Positions 35,249-50,571 of a stretch of 64,000 nt of DNA are shown piece after piece (positions within the stretch are counted from its first letter, which is position 1; each line of letters opens with the position of its first letter). The translations under genes and the position numbers were made by a program. A model generated the notes under the pieces. It had not been told where the DNA came from. It saw only the letters and a program-made list of their open reading frames with translations, and did no database searches. Source of the DNA: Macrostomum hystrix (taxonomy: Eukaryota; Animalia; Platyhelminthes); contig CATNEN010000010.1 of assembly GCA_950097015.1 (NCBI GenBank), positions 248,001 to 312,000 of the forward strand, in the 5' to 3' direction.

Positions 35249-37044
35249 CAACTTTTTTAGAAAGCCTGGGAGCCAGGGACTGCGCAATAGCGAAAAGCAC
35301 TAGATTTATTGTCTTCATCACAACAAGGACATTTGATGATAAGTTAGATTGAAAACAATCACTTACTAGCCCCCCAAAGGGGAGGGCGAAATTAACAAAT
35401 ATACTTTTTACACCTAGGAGTAAAAGATACACAAATTAATAAATGAAGAATTTCTTCAACAACCAGTCGCAAATAACTATTTGACTATCACTTACTCTCT
35501 TTTGCCTATAAAAATCAATTCAAGGGCCTGTCTTATGTCGTCTTCAGTCAACATTACATTACATATAACATTACATTTATTCCTACACAATCAGCTGAAC
35601 AATGTCCCCCAGAAACGAGAACCAATGACCCCATATAGAAGAGCGCTCCCATGCCATTTAGCAGACCTAACCAATGAACCCCGTTAGCAGGTAACCAATG
35701 ACCCCTTTAAGCAAATAACCAATGCCCGGCCATGGAGTGGAGGTTCAATGCCACTGCAGTTAAGCAAAGCACCAATGCCCTTCTTTAGCAGCTAGAGAAC
35801 CAAGGACCCTCTTTAGCTCTCAATGCTTAGTTCCTTTTAATACAGGCAACCATGCAACGCCACCCATCTCCTTATTCATCGAATTATCCCTCATCAGCTC
35901 AGGCTAATATACCCTCTCATGAGAGGACAATGAGAGGAAAATTAGCTTAATGAGGTATTATTCGGATAGTGAGTAAATAAGCGACAAATTTGTTTTAAGA
36001 ATATTTTTAACATTTTAATGATGGCAAGTCAATTGGACTAGAAATGAGCTTTATGAAGCTTAAGTTAATAAGGGATTTTAGGCTATTCGATCGCAGGTAC
36101 AGGTAGCTTAATATCGAATACAATTCACTACTTTATTAACATTCCTAAGGATCAGTTTGCTGAATTAGAGGAAAACGGTGGTGAATGAGTTTACCCACAT
36201 GGGATAATAGTCGCCGTGTAATTTAATGTACCAAGAAAGTTGATTAGGAACAAAATTTTGAAAGTAAAAGTAAAGCATATCAAAGTTGTTCTCTGAAGAT
36301 AGTTAGAAAATAGTCACTTAGCATTGTCGATCACCTACTTTTAGAAAAATTGTATAAACAATCAGATCATTGCAGGGTCGAAGAAGGGACAGCCTACCCT
36401 AGCCTAACCTATTGCCTAGCATCGGCTCTTCTGGCTGTTGAGTTAAGGGAAGGGTTTAAAAATGAGCCTTATAAAATGGAGTCTCTCAGTGTTGGCTTGT
36501 GTTGGCTCTAATTATAAAATAAGAATCTCAGTGAGTACACTCAGTTTAGAGAATTAAAATAAAAAATCTGCAGTATGCACTAAAAAAGATCGCTCCCAGT
36601 ACCAACACGTTCAGTTTCTCAGCATAGCCAACCTCCCCATTCAGACAATCTCGCGATGTTCCGTAACTTTTATTCCGTAACTTAACGGTAAATTTAGTTT
36701 GCCTGCCCTATGCATTTCATCAGAGCTGCGCTTTTCCCAGGCAATGATACCAAGAAAGCGGGAAAGCGCAGCTTTTGCCAGGCAAGCCTGGAGATATTTT
36801 GATCTTTTTCCCAGTCTAGCCTATTGCCGTCGGGTGTTGCCTAGCATTTTACCTTTAATTGAACAACCCATTTAAAACAAGTTTTCCTAATAATTTCCCC
36901 CTTAATATTCGAATTTTGAAATGCAACTTGACACCTAGCAAAGCCTTAAAATTTCATTTTTTAATAAAAAATAGTTAGGCTGTTTTTTAAAAATCACAGA
37001 AAAATCATCCATCATACAGATCCATCACACAGATGAAATTAAGT

Positions 37045-37330
37045 TTGTCACTAGATAGCTCTCAAGTAGCTATTTTGCTTCAAAATAAATAAAGTAAAAA
37101 TACGAAAGAAAGTTTTTTACGAAGAAGCTTTATGAAATTCTATAAAGCAACATTTTAAATAATATGTAATAATAGTACAGCTTTGGATCTGCTTCCAATA
37201 AAAATGTATTAACACTTTAATAAGAAAAAGTGAAAAGTTCCTATCTCGCCAGAGCATTTTTCTGTGAAAATCATTCTGTAATTTTTTTCCAAGAAACAAA
37301 GTTTCCTGTCCTTCTACTCCTAGTGGTTTA
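37045..37330 (+). repeat. Dispersed repeat, copy A (homologous to 63012-63310)
   Basis: Shared collinear blocks TCACTAGATAGC, ATCTGCTTCC, AAAGTGAAAAGTTCCTATCTCGC, TTTTCCAAGAAAC and CTAGTGGT. Confidence 0.75.
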
Positions 37331-37624
37331 ATAGACTGCTAACTCATTGTAACATGAGGCCTATTGCACTTGTGAAATAAACTCATAGTTTCATACTTTC
37401 TTTTTGTAGGCCTAATGCCTATATTATTATTCCTGAACTTAGTGGCATGGCACTGGCAGCCATGTCCATAGGCCTAAGGCATAAGCAAGCCCTGACCCCT
37501 GACTCCATATTAAAGACACTGCGGCAATGTCCTAGTTTACCACATTAAATTATTTTGAGTTCAAAACCAGAAAAAGCAAAGTAAAACAAGTCAGTCCATG
37601 GTAGTCAGCAGTCACATTACCATC

Positions 37625-37882
37625 TTAAATGCCATAAGAATGGGCAACCCAGTCGAGAAAGTTTCTGAAGGTCTTCTCCAGATAGAGGCACCACCAGAGG
37701 TACTTGCTAAGGTGTGACTCAAACAGGCCATTGCTGGTGCCATGCATGCCCTGGAACTTTGGAACAGTACTAGTTCAGGCAGGTTGACATTCAGGTCACA
37801 TAGGTTAGTGGCAAGCAGTAAATCCATAACAGGAATGATTGTTGTTGGCACTCTAGGTTGGCCAGCCATGCCAGATATGCTG
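37625..37882 (-). mobile_element. Decayed Merlin/ISXO2-like transposase C-terminal fragment
   Basis: Minus frame 37759-37625 reads KFQGMHGTSNGLFESHLSKYLWWCLYLEKTFRNFLDWVAHSYGI*. Upstream, shifted frames give AY..LANL and NHS. Confidence 0.5.
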
Positions 37883-38459
37883 AAATGAAAAAAATTCAAG
37901 TCAAAATAACTCAGAAACTAGGACATTTCCGACACTGCAGCTAGCTATCTTTACCATTGAGGCATGGCAGTTATTGCTACAGCCAAGTTTAGGGATCTTA
38001 GTTCTTAAAAGGGTCAAAAATTGTACAATTGAATTGAAATCTTGAAGATCACCATATTTAATTATTTTACATGTTTATGTGCAGTTGTACCTAGTTTGGT
38101 AACAATGGTACAGAACAGGCTTTACTGGCAGTGGCACTGTTTGGTAACTGTAACAACTTGTAATTGTAAATGGTAAAAATGAGGATAGCTACCAAGTTGA
38201 ATAGGCCTAGTATTTTTGTGGGCTAAATGTGTAGAAGAAAATTATATAATACAAAAATGAAGTGCAAATTTAGAAATGTTTATAACACATACTGCAATCA
38301 TACTGATAAATGAAATAACTCAATTTTTTGTTACAATGGATTGTAGAGTTCCTTAGACAACAAAATCTTTGACAAGACTTTATAAGGCAAATAGCTTTGA
38401 ATATAGTGAATATATTTCATATAATAATATAGAAAGCTAGGGTATAGCTATTGCACACT

Positions 38460-38765
38460 AGGGTTTTAGCATAGTGGTTAGAGTGTTGGACTCACAACTT
38501 AAAGGACAGGTTTGATTCCTGACTCCATTGGAAAAATTTGTGTCCCTTAGCAAGACACTTAACTATGCATTGCTTCAGTTCACTCAGCTGTTATATGGTT
38601 ACCAGCATTAGCTAGCATATTTGAGGCTATGTGTGACATCTCCTAGTCCATGGACTGAGCTGCTATATGCGGACTTCAGATGCACTGCAATATTTGCAGC
38701 TATGCTGTTAGCTGCACATCTGGCCCAATGTAATGCAAAGTAGGCACATCATTTAATCATTTATT
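38460..38765 (+). mobile_element. Older, CpG-decayed copy of the 18.3-kb SINE
   Basis: Collinear with 18317-18603 through head, central block and GTCCATGGACTGA...GCTGCACATCTG tail. No TSD visible. Confidence 0.85.
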
Positions 38766-39025
38766 ATTTTTTTATAAAACTACAACTTTAACAACATGTC
38801 GTTTTTATAGTCTTTGTTTTATTTTTGTTAGACATAAGAAGTTGTTATTCTAGCTGCTTGGCTTTAAATAAAATTACATTTCTATTATATTATGTAAAGC
38901 CCAAATATATTTTCAGTCTAAATATCTAAACTAGCTAGATATTATAACTATTATGCTTAACTACTCCTATCTGGCTTAAATGGCTTGACTATCTTCTAGT
39001 TGTATTTTGAACTCAAAACTGTCCA

Positions 39026-42000
39026 ATGAAATTTCAGGCACTTCATCAGCTGCTTCGAAGCCCAGCAAAGTCAGTGGCTTTGCTGGCCGCGGCATTCAGA
39101 ACAGCTGGTGTCAGCAGCTGCAGCTTGCACACCACCCCCAGCCTGGCCAACATCAGCTGGTACCGGCTGCGCCGCGGCCTGCCACCTTCGGGCAATGAGC
39201 GCGGGCCGCTCACTGACCTGCCTGACTGGACTTTTGCTGGTGCGTCCGGACTGCGAATTATTCATTGGCCGGGTTGCAACTGCTTTAAGATGAGCGGGGA
39301 GGCAGATTCTACTCACTGATGCATCAGCTAGCAGATCAGGTGGCAGATTTCACTCACTGATGCATCAGCTAGCAGATCAGGTGGCAGATTTCACTCACTG
39401 ATGCATCAGCTAGCAGATCAGGTGGCAGATTTCACTCACTGATGCATCAGCTAGCAGATCAGGAGGCAGATTCTACTCACTGATGCATCAGCTAGCAGAT
39501 CAGGTGGCAGATTTCACTCACTGATGCATCAGCTAGCAGATCAGGTGGCAGATTCTACTCACTGATGCATCAGCTAGCAGATCAGGTGGCAGATTTCACT
39601 CACTGATGCATCAGCTAGCAGATCAGGAGGCAGATTCTACTCACTGATGCATCAGCTAGCAGATCAGGTGGTAGATTTCACTCACTGAAGCATCAGCTAG
39701 CAGATCAGGTGGCAGATTTCACTCACTGATGCATCAGCTAGCAGATCAGGTGGCAGATTTCACTCACTGATGCATCAGCTAGCAGATCAGGTGGCAGATT
39801 TCACTCACTGATGCATCAGCTAGCAGATCAGGTGGCAGATTTCACTCACTGATGCATCAGCTAGCAGATCAGGTGGCAGATTTCACTCACTGATGCATCA
39901 GCTAGCAGATCAGGTGGCAGATTTCACTCACTGATGCATCAGCTAGCAGATCAGGTGGCAGATTTCACTCACTGATGCATCAGCTAGCAGATCAGGTGGT
40001 AGATTTCACTCACTGAAGCATCAGCTAGCAGATCAGGTGGCAGATTTCACTCACTGATGTATCAGCTAGCAGATCAGGTGGCAGATTTCACTCACTGATG
40101 CATCAGCTAGCAGATCAGGAGGCAGATTCTACTCACTGATGCATCAGCTAGCAGATCAGGTGGCAGATTTCACTCACTGAAGCATCAGCTAGCAGATCAG
40201 GTGGCAGATTTCACTCACTGAAGCATCAGCTAGCAGATCAGGTGGCAGATTTCACTCACTGAAGCATCAGCTAGCAGATCAGGTGGCAAATTTCACTCAC
40301 TGAAGCATCAGCTAGCAGATCAGGTGGCAGATTTCACTCACTGAAGCATCAGCTAGCAGATCAGGTGGCAGATTCTACTCACTGATGCATCAGCTAGCAG
40401 ATCAGGTGGTAGATTTCACTCACTGAAGCATCAGCTAGCAGATCAGGTGGCAGATTTCACTCACTGATGCATCAGCTAGCAGATCAGGTGGCAGATTTCA
40501 CTCACTGATGCATCAGCTAGCAGATCAGGTGGCAGATTTCACTCACTGAAGCATCAGCTAGCAGATCAGGTGGCAGATTTCACTCACTGAAGCATCAGCT
40601 AGCAGATCAGGTGGCAGATTTCACTCACTGATGCATCAGCTAGCAGATCAGGAGGCAGATTCTACTCACTGATGCATCAGCTAGCAGATCAGGTGGCAGA
40701 TTTCACTCACTGAAGCATCAGCTAGCAGATCAGGTGGCAGATTTCACTCACTGAAGCATCAGCTAGCAGATCAGGTGGCAGATTTCACTCACTGAAGCAT
40801 CAGCTAGCAGATCAGGTGGCAGATTTCACTCACTGAAGCATCAGCTAGCAGATCAGGTGGCAGATTTCACTCACTGAAGCATCAGCTAGCAGATCAGGTG
40901 GCAGATTCTACTCACTGATGCATCAGCTAGCAGATCAGGTGGTAGATTTCACTCACTGAAGCATCAGCTAGCAGATCAGGTGGCAGATTTCACTCACTGA
41001 AGCATCAGCTAGCATATCAGGTGGCAGATTTCACTCACTGAAGCATCAGCTAGCAGATCAGGTGGCAGATTTCACTCACTGATGCATCAGCTAGCAGATC
41101 AGGTGGCAGATTTCACTCACTGATGCATCAGCTAGCAGATCAGGTGGCATATTTCATTCACTGATGCATCAGCTAGCAGATCAGGTGGCATATTTCATTC
41201 ACTGATGCATCAGCTAGCAGATCAGGTGGGAGATTTCACTCACTGATGCATCAGCTAGCAGATCAGGTGGCAGATTTCACTCACTGAAGCATCAGCTAGC
41301 AGATCAGGTGGCAGATTTCACTCACTGAAGCATCAGCTAGCAGATCAGGTGGCAGATTTCACTCACTGATGCATCAGCTAGCAGATCAGGTGGCAGATTT
41401 CACTCACTGATGCATCAGCTAGCAGATCAGGTGGCAGATTTCACTCACTGATGCATCAGCTAGCAGATCAGGTGGCAGATTTCACTCACTGATGCATCAG
41501 CTAGCAGATCAGGTGGTAGATTTCACTCACTGAAGCATCAGCTAGCAGATCAGGTGGCAGATTTCACTCACTGATGCATCAGCTAGCAGATCAGGTGGCA
41601 GATTTCACTCACTGATGCATCAGCTAGCAGATCAGGTGGCAGATTTCACTCACTGATGCATCAGCTAGCAGATCAGGTGGCAGATTTCACTCACTGAAGC
41701 ATCAGCTAGCAGATCAGGTGGCAGATTTCACTCACTGAAGCATCAGCTAGCAGATCAGGTGGCAGATTTCACTCACTGAAGCATCAGCTAGCAGATCAGG
41801 TGGCAGATTTCACTCACTGAAGCATCAGCTAGCAGATCAGGTGGCAGATTTCACTCACTGAAGCATCAGCTAGCAGATCAGGTGGCAGATTCTACTCACT
41901 GATGCATCAGCTAGCAGATCAGGTGGTAGATTTCACTCACTGAAGCATCAGCTAGCAGATCAGGTGGCAGATTTCACTCACTGAAGCATCAGCTAGCATA

Positions 42001-42739
42001 TCAGGTGGCAGATTTCACTCACTGAAGCATCAGCTAGCAGATCAGGTGGCAGATTTCACTCACTGATGCATCAGCTAGCAGATCAGGTGGCAGATTTCAC
42101 TCACTGATGCATCAGCTAGCAGATCAGGTGGCATATTTCATTCACTGATGCATCAGCTAGCAGATCAGGTGGCATATTTCATTCACTGATGCATCAGCTA
42201 GCAGATCAGGTGGCATATTTCATTCACTGATGCATCAGCTAGCAGATCAGGTGGCAGATTTCACTCACTGATGCATCAGCTAGCAGATCAGGTGGCAGAT
42301 TTCACTCACTGATGCATCAGCTAGCAGATCAGGTGGCAGATTTCACTCACTGATGCATCAGCTAGCAGATCAGGTGGCAGATTTCACTCACTGAAGCATC
42401 AGCTAGCAGATCAGGTGGGAGATTTCACTCACTGAAGCATCAGCTAGCAGATCAGGTGGCAGATTTCACTCACTGAAGCATCAGCTAGCAGATCAGGTGG
42501 CAGATTCTCAGTCGCCCCACCTGCACACTCCCACAGACGGCCGGCCCACGCCGTTCAGCACGTCGGGCCAGCAGCGGCGCCACGCGGCCAACAAGGCTCT
42601 GGCCGAGCAGGCTGTGGCCGCAATGCAGAGCGTGGACCTGGCCAAGCAGGCCCACCAGCTGCGTCAGCGAGTGGCGGAGGCGGAGGCGGAGCAGCGCCGG
42701 CCCCTGCTGCGGCCCAAAGGAGACGCACTGCTGGCCTGA
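39026..42739 (+). CDS. MRPL52: Mitochondrial ribosomal protein L52; exons 39026-39239 and 42537-42739
   Basis: The spliced product reads [30 protein letters not shown]...LLRPKG, matching the mL52 motif GPLTxLPDWSxADGRP. The phase-1 junction G|AC is in frame. The start could instead lie in an upstream exon (acceptor at 39037). Confidence 0.9.
39300..42510 (+). repeat. Intronic 41-bp minisatellite (GATTTCACTCACTGATGCATCAGCTAGCAGATCAGGTGGCA), about 78 copies
   Basis: Period 41 (39721, 39762). It fills about 97% of the MRPL52 intron. Confidence 0.97.
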
Positions 42740-43478
42740 TGCTTCTGTTTAGATTATCGGCTCTTTCCATTGGAGCAGAGAATACATAAGCCTGTATTTA
42801 CTATCTGTAAGAGTGCAAGTAACTCAACTAGGGTTGAATATCCCTTCGATTGCGAACTGTCACTTTGGGTTCAAGTGTGTGCTACTTCTAGTATTGTGTA
42901 GAATTTATCAGTGAGTTCAGCCTAAAATCGTGCACCTGCTTGCGCATTTTCTGTCCAACTTTAAATAAATTTGACCCAGGTGGTTTTTTCAGTGCCAGTG
43001 ATTGGCTGTTGTTGCTTTTCTGTATATTTCTGGCGCCATTAAAAGTTCAAGTGCTGCGCTGCCCAATCCCAAGCAAGTGCTGCTTTGTCTTAATTGCTTT
43101 ACTAGTTGCCGGGCTGGTTGTGCACTTTTGCTGGGTCAAGGCAGGCATTGAGGCCAGCTGGATTTTTGTCCATACTCTGAGCACTGCATGCTTTGTTACC
43201 TGCTGAGCAGCAGAGCTGTGAGCGCATGTGAGTGCACTGAGAAGAGTCCGGGGTTGACGGGTCGTCTATGCGATTCAGCCAGCCAGTACAGACAGCCCAG
43301 CCCCTGCTCAGCACATGAGAAGCACAAGAGTGAGGCAAGCTGTGCCTGGGGTGGGTGCGGGCAGTATTCAGCCCTCTTATCTGGTGTCGCGCATGCTTCA
43401 CGATCTGCTCAGATAGCGCCTCCGACCTACGGAGAAGAGATCGCTCGCAGAGAGCTGACTGCAGACAGTTTTGGAGCC

Positions 43479-46393
<2,915 letters not shown>

Positions 46394-47624
46394 TTAAACT
46401 CAGTTGCCTAAGTTTGTGATAAGAACTTGTACAGGACCTTCTTTTTAACTTGGGCGCGAGCTTTTTGTCGTCTTTTGTTTTAAAAAAACAGAGAATTGTT
46501 CTTTTCAGCCTTCATTCTTGCGTCGCGCACGAGGGATGCCGTTGCTATTTTTAGAAAAAATGTAGGAATTTTGACCTTGCTTGGCTCCAACCATTCGCGT
46601 GACACAGTCAGTCATAAATCACGAATATTCAGAATTTCATTGGAGTCGGATCATTTTTCTTACTCTGAACCTATATGGCCCCTACAGCTCATATAGGCTT
46701 TCATTTGGGAAAGATGCACGACTATCCTGTGCGCACTACTTCCACTTGTCAGTAGCGTGTAACAGATTTTTTAAAATTCGTGGTATTAGACTTTAATTTA
46801 GCCAAAAAGACAAATTTCGCTGTTTCAAAATCTTTCCTGTTTGCTAATATATATATATATTAGTTTTTGCATGTTAAGTGAGACTTTCTCCTAGCAATCT
46901 GAGACTGAATAGCAAAAAGCTTTATAGTCTTTATAGTTATGGCCAAACCTCGTTTCAGCGTATCATTTTAGGCACGCCTTGAAAGAAGTCTCACTTGGAG
47001 CAGCAAAAACTATTACCACATGTATGTGAATAAGCTTCTACACAGAGAATACAATTGGCTCGTATTTTATCGAGATTATACTCGATAATAATAATAAGCC
47101 TTTTTATGAGCTTGTTGACTTCTTGGCCACAATGTGGTCTGATGAGAACAGCTGCGTCCTGATTGCATTCAAAGGCAGTCTGGTCCGACTCAGGTTATGT
47201 AAAACGTTCTCTGCGAATTCTTGGCGACACTGCTGTCACTGAGAGAGGCCGAGACCTCCCTCCAATGCTTGCCCGCCAAGGAGCTAGGCCCACTTATCCT
47301 GACTTAATCCGCGATCACAAGATCCCGGATCTTCTGGGATCTGAGCTGAGGCGAGCCTTGATCCCTAATCCCCAGTGTCAGAATTCCACTAACACAATTG
47401 GGCGCGACAAATAATATTATTTAATCCTCGGCTCAGACTTGCCAGTTACGAACTTCTGTCTTCTCTTTTTCTGTTAAAAGCAATGTAGAAAAGCAATTTA
47501 GGCATGACATTCTGCTTGGTATTTGCTGCACTGTAGAACAGCTTGAAACTACGGCTTCAAGTTAGCTGTATTGACTGACAGACAACAGGCTGTAGGCATT
47601 TCTCTGGGCGAAACCAGACAGTAG

Positions 47625-48168
47625 CACATCTGTCTGTACACAACAGGCTGTAGCACATCTGTCTGTATAGAACAACAGGCTGTAGCACATCTGTCTGTAT
47701 ACAACAACAGGCTGTAGGACATCTGTCTGTATAGAACAACAGGCTGTAGCACATCTGTCTGTATAGAACAACAGGCTGTAGGACATCTGTCTGTATACAA
47801 CAACAGGCTGTAGGACATCTGTCTGTATAGAACAACAGGCTGTAGCACATCTGTCTGTATAGAACAACAGGCTGTAGCACATCTGTCTGTATAGAACAAC
47901 AGGCTGTAGGACATCTGTCTGTATAGAACAACAGGCTTTAGGACATCTGTCTGTATAGAACAACAGGCTGTAGCACATCTGTCTGTATAGAACAACAGGC
48001 TGTAGCACATCTGTCTGTATACAACAACAGGCTGTAGGACATCTGTCTGTATAGAACAACAGGCTGTAGCACATCTGTCTGTATAGAACAACAGGCTGTA
48101 GGACATCTGTCTGTATACAACAACAGGCTGTAGGACATCTGTCTGTATAGAACAACAGGCTGTAGCAC
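47625..48168 (+). repeat. 32-bp minisatellite (TAGAACAACAGGCTGTAGCACATCTGTCTGTA)
   Basis: Period 32. Confidence 0.95.
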
Positions 48169-48732
48169 CAGGGGCATTGACAGTGGATCTGCTCAACTCA
48201 AGAAAGCCAAGTTGGCTCTCCAAGAAGCATTTGACCAGTTCGTTAAAATATAAATTAGAGTTAGTTAAATATTGTATGCACGTATTTAGAAAAATTCCTA
48301 GAAGCATTTCACAAGGGCAGACAGGCAGACGACAGACAGGAAGAGACAACAGAAAATGTAAACTAATCACGAACTCAGTTCTCAGCAATTCCCATTTACA
48401 TTCATTAATATCTTGAACAGATTAACTGTAGCTATTAAAGGCAGTGGTGGACAACGTAGGCAAGGTAACAACACAAGGGCATTGTCTTGAGAATCAGGCC
48501 TAAATTGAAACTGAACACGAATCGCACAAGCCGCACATTTAACAGCGCACTGCACCCTGGCCCAATGTCAGGCAGATTTGATCGACTTTCAGGTACAGGA
48601 AAATCCCCACCTCCAGCCAATCGGGATGCCCGCACGGAAGGGGCATAGGAAGGGATAAAACTCCCACCAGGCTGCGAGACCCTCAGAGCCCATGAGAGCT
48701 GCAGCGAAACTGACAGGAGCGGCCGACCCACA

Positions 48733-50571
48733 ATGAACCCGGCAGCTGGGAGCAAGCCGTTCTGCAGCTTCCTGCTCAACACATTCATCGACAACACCAG
48801 CATGCGCGGCTTCCGCAAGTGCAGCAGCAGCCCGCACGCCGTCCTCCGGCTGCACTGGCTCTTCTACATTGCCAGCATGGCCGTCATCCTGGGTTACGGC
48901 TCCTACAACTTGTTCGCCGAGTTCTTCTCCTACAACAAGTCCTACCAGATCGAGGAGCTGCTGAACGACCCGACGCCGTTCCCCAGCCTGACCATCTGCT
49001 CGCTGAACCCGTTCTCGCCAGAGGCGTCTAGCCTGTGGCGCTCCGGCCAGGTTCCCAGCCCCGCCAAGTTCTCCCGCGACCTCCGCCAGGGCATGGGGCA
49101 GCTGGTGCGACTGGGCCGCTACGCCGATGCCGCTAGCCTGTTCCGCAGCGACAAGATGGTCACCTACTTCCAGTTCATCAGCGAGGCGCAGGCTACCCTG
49201 CTGGGCCACCAGCTGTCCGAGCTGGTGCCCTTCTGCGTCATGCGGCACAGCAACAACGCCAACCCCAGCGTGGCACACGAGGAAAAGTGCAACTTCAAGG
49301 TCACTGGCGCTCGCCTGCACCACCCGGAGTACCTAGTCTGCTACGACCTCGAGCTGGAGGACTCAGAGTCTAATTACGTGAGCAGCCTGTCCCTGATCCT
49401 GTCCAACGCGCACCTCACCGAGTACCTGCTGCACAACATCAACTCCTCGGCCTCCGCCGAGCGCGGGGAGTCGCGGGACCACGCCAGGCAGGAGCACGTG
49501 TTCGACATCTTCAACCAGGGCGCCGGGTTTCGCATTGTGCTGCACGAGCCAGGCACGCACCCCCTTGCTGACACGGACGGCTTCAGCGTCCAGATGCAAA
49601 CCTCGACACTGATCAAGTACAAGGCCGTGAAGGTGCAGAAGCTGGACTATCCGGCCGGCGAGTGCGCTGACAGTGACCGCCTGCCCCACATTCTGGACGA
49701 CGACAGCCGCTACAAGTACACTTTCGCAGCCTGCCTGAGCAGCCAGATTGGCTGGCTGATACGGCGCCAGTGTAACTGCACATCCGCCTTCCACGTGCGA
49801 CCGCCGGCAGCGGAGCCGTCGGCACCGTACTGCGGCCACTACAGCACCCACAGCCCGCTGGAGTTTGTGCGCCGGCTGGAGTGCGTCAGGAACCTCAACC
49901 TGAGCGAGCTAACTGCCACCGTCGCCCACACCACCTGCCAGAAGCCGTGCACCTTCTTTCACTACGAGAGCCATCTGTCCTCCTCCAACTGGACTCCGCA
50001 GGTGTGGCAGATTCACTGGATGATGCACATCTCCAGCGCGCTCAAGCAGGTAATGGACAACCCGCTGGATCGGCATTTCAGCGAGCAGCTGCAGCGCCTC
50101 ATCAACTTCACGGATCTGGAGTCTGTGGCCGGTGCGCCGGAGGTCGAGGCCTTGAAGGTTTTCGAAGCAGACCTGGCTCAGAAGATGGCGCTGGTGACAG
50201 TCAGCAGGATGAGCTACAACACCCTGGTGAACCAGGAGACGCTGCAGATCACGCCCAGCGCCCTGATGAGTCGACTGGGCGGCCTCGGCAGCTTGACCAT
50301 CGGCGTCACCCTTACCTGCGCTTTTGAGGTGATTGAGCTGCTCTACCTCACTGCCCGCCGGCTGCGGCAGCAAGACCGAACGGCGGACGACGGCGAAAAC
50401 AGCGCATCCGGCGGCAGGAGCAGCAACGGCCCGACGCAGCGGCAAGTGAATGCGGATCCGGCGGCCGCACTCACAGTGGAACTGCTGCTGCAGCAGCGGG
50501 AAGCCGTGGCGGAAGCTCAGACGATCCACGCGCCCCAGGGTTCCTACTATGACAATTGTCCCACAAGCTGA
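48733..50571 (+). CDS. DEG/ENaC (degenerin/ASIC-like) channel subunit, single exon, 612 aa
   Basis: TM1 (LHWLFYIASMAVILGY), FPSLTICSLNP, GFRIVLHEPG, a Cys-rich thumb (C...CNC...C...C) and TM2 (LGGLGSLTIGVTLTCAFEVIEL). Confidence 0.92.
   Translation: MNPAAGSKPFCSFLLNTFIDNTSMRGFRKCSSSPHAVLRLHWLFYIASMAVILGYGSYNLFAEFFSYNKSYQIEELLNDPTPFPSLTICSLNPFSPEASSLWRSGQVPSPAKFSRDLRQGMGQLVRLGRYADAASLFRSDKMVTYFQFISEAQATLLGHQLSELVPFCVMRHSNNANPSVAHEEKCNFKVTGARLHHPEYLVCYDLELEDSESNYVSSLSLILSNAHLTEYLLHNINSSASAERGESRDHARQEHVFDIFNQGAGFRIVLHEPGTHPLADTDGFSVQMQTSTLIKYKAVKVQKLDYPAGECADSDRLPHILDDDSRYKYTFAACLSSQIGWLIRRQCNCTSAFHVRPPAAEPSAPYCGHYSTHSPLEFVRRLECVRNLNLSELTATVAHTTCQKPCTFFHYESHLSSSNWTPQVWQIHWMMHISSALKQVMDNPLDRHFSEQLQRLINFTDLESVAGAPEVEALKVFEADLAQKMALVTVSRMSYNTLVNQETLQITPSALMSRLGGLGSLTIGVTLTCAFEVIELLYLTARRLRQQDRTADDGENSASGGRSSNGPTQRQVNADPAAALTVELLLQQREAVAEAQTIHAPQGSYYDNCPTS

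Noticed and set aside
37612-37899. 95-aa ORF as a host exon
   Set aside because: No recognisable protein in that frame, while another frame fits a decayed transposase better. Not fully excluded.
47163-47414. 83-aa ORF
   Set aside because: No motif or splice support.
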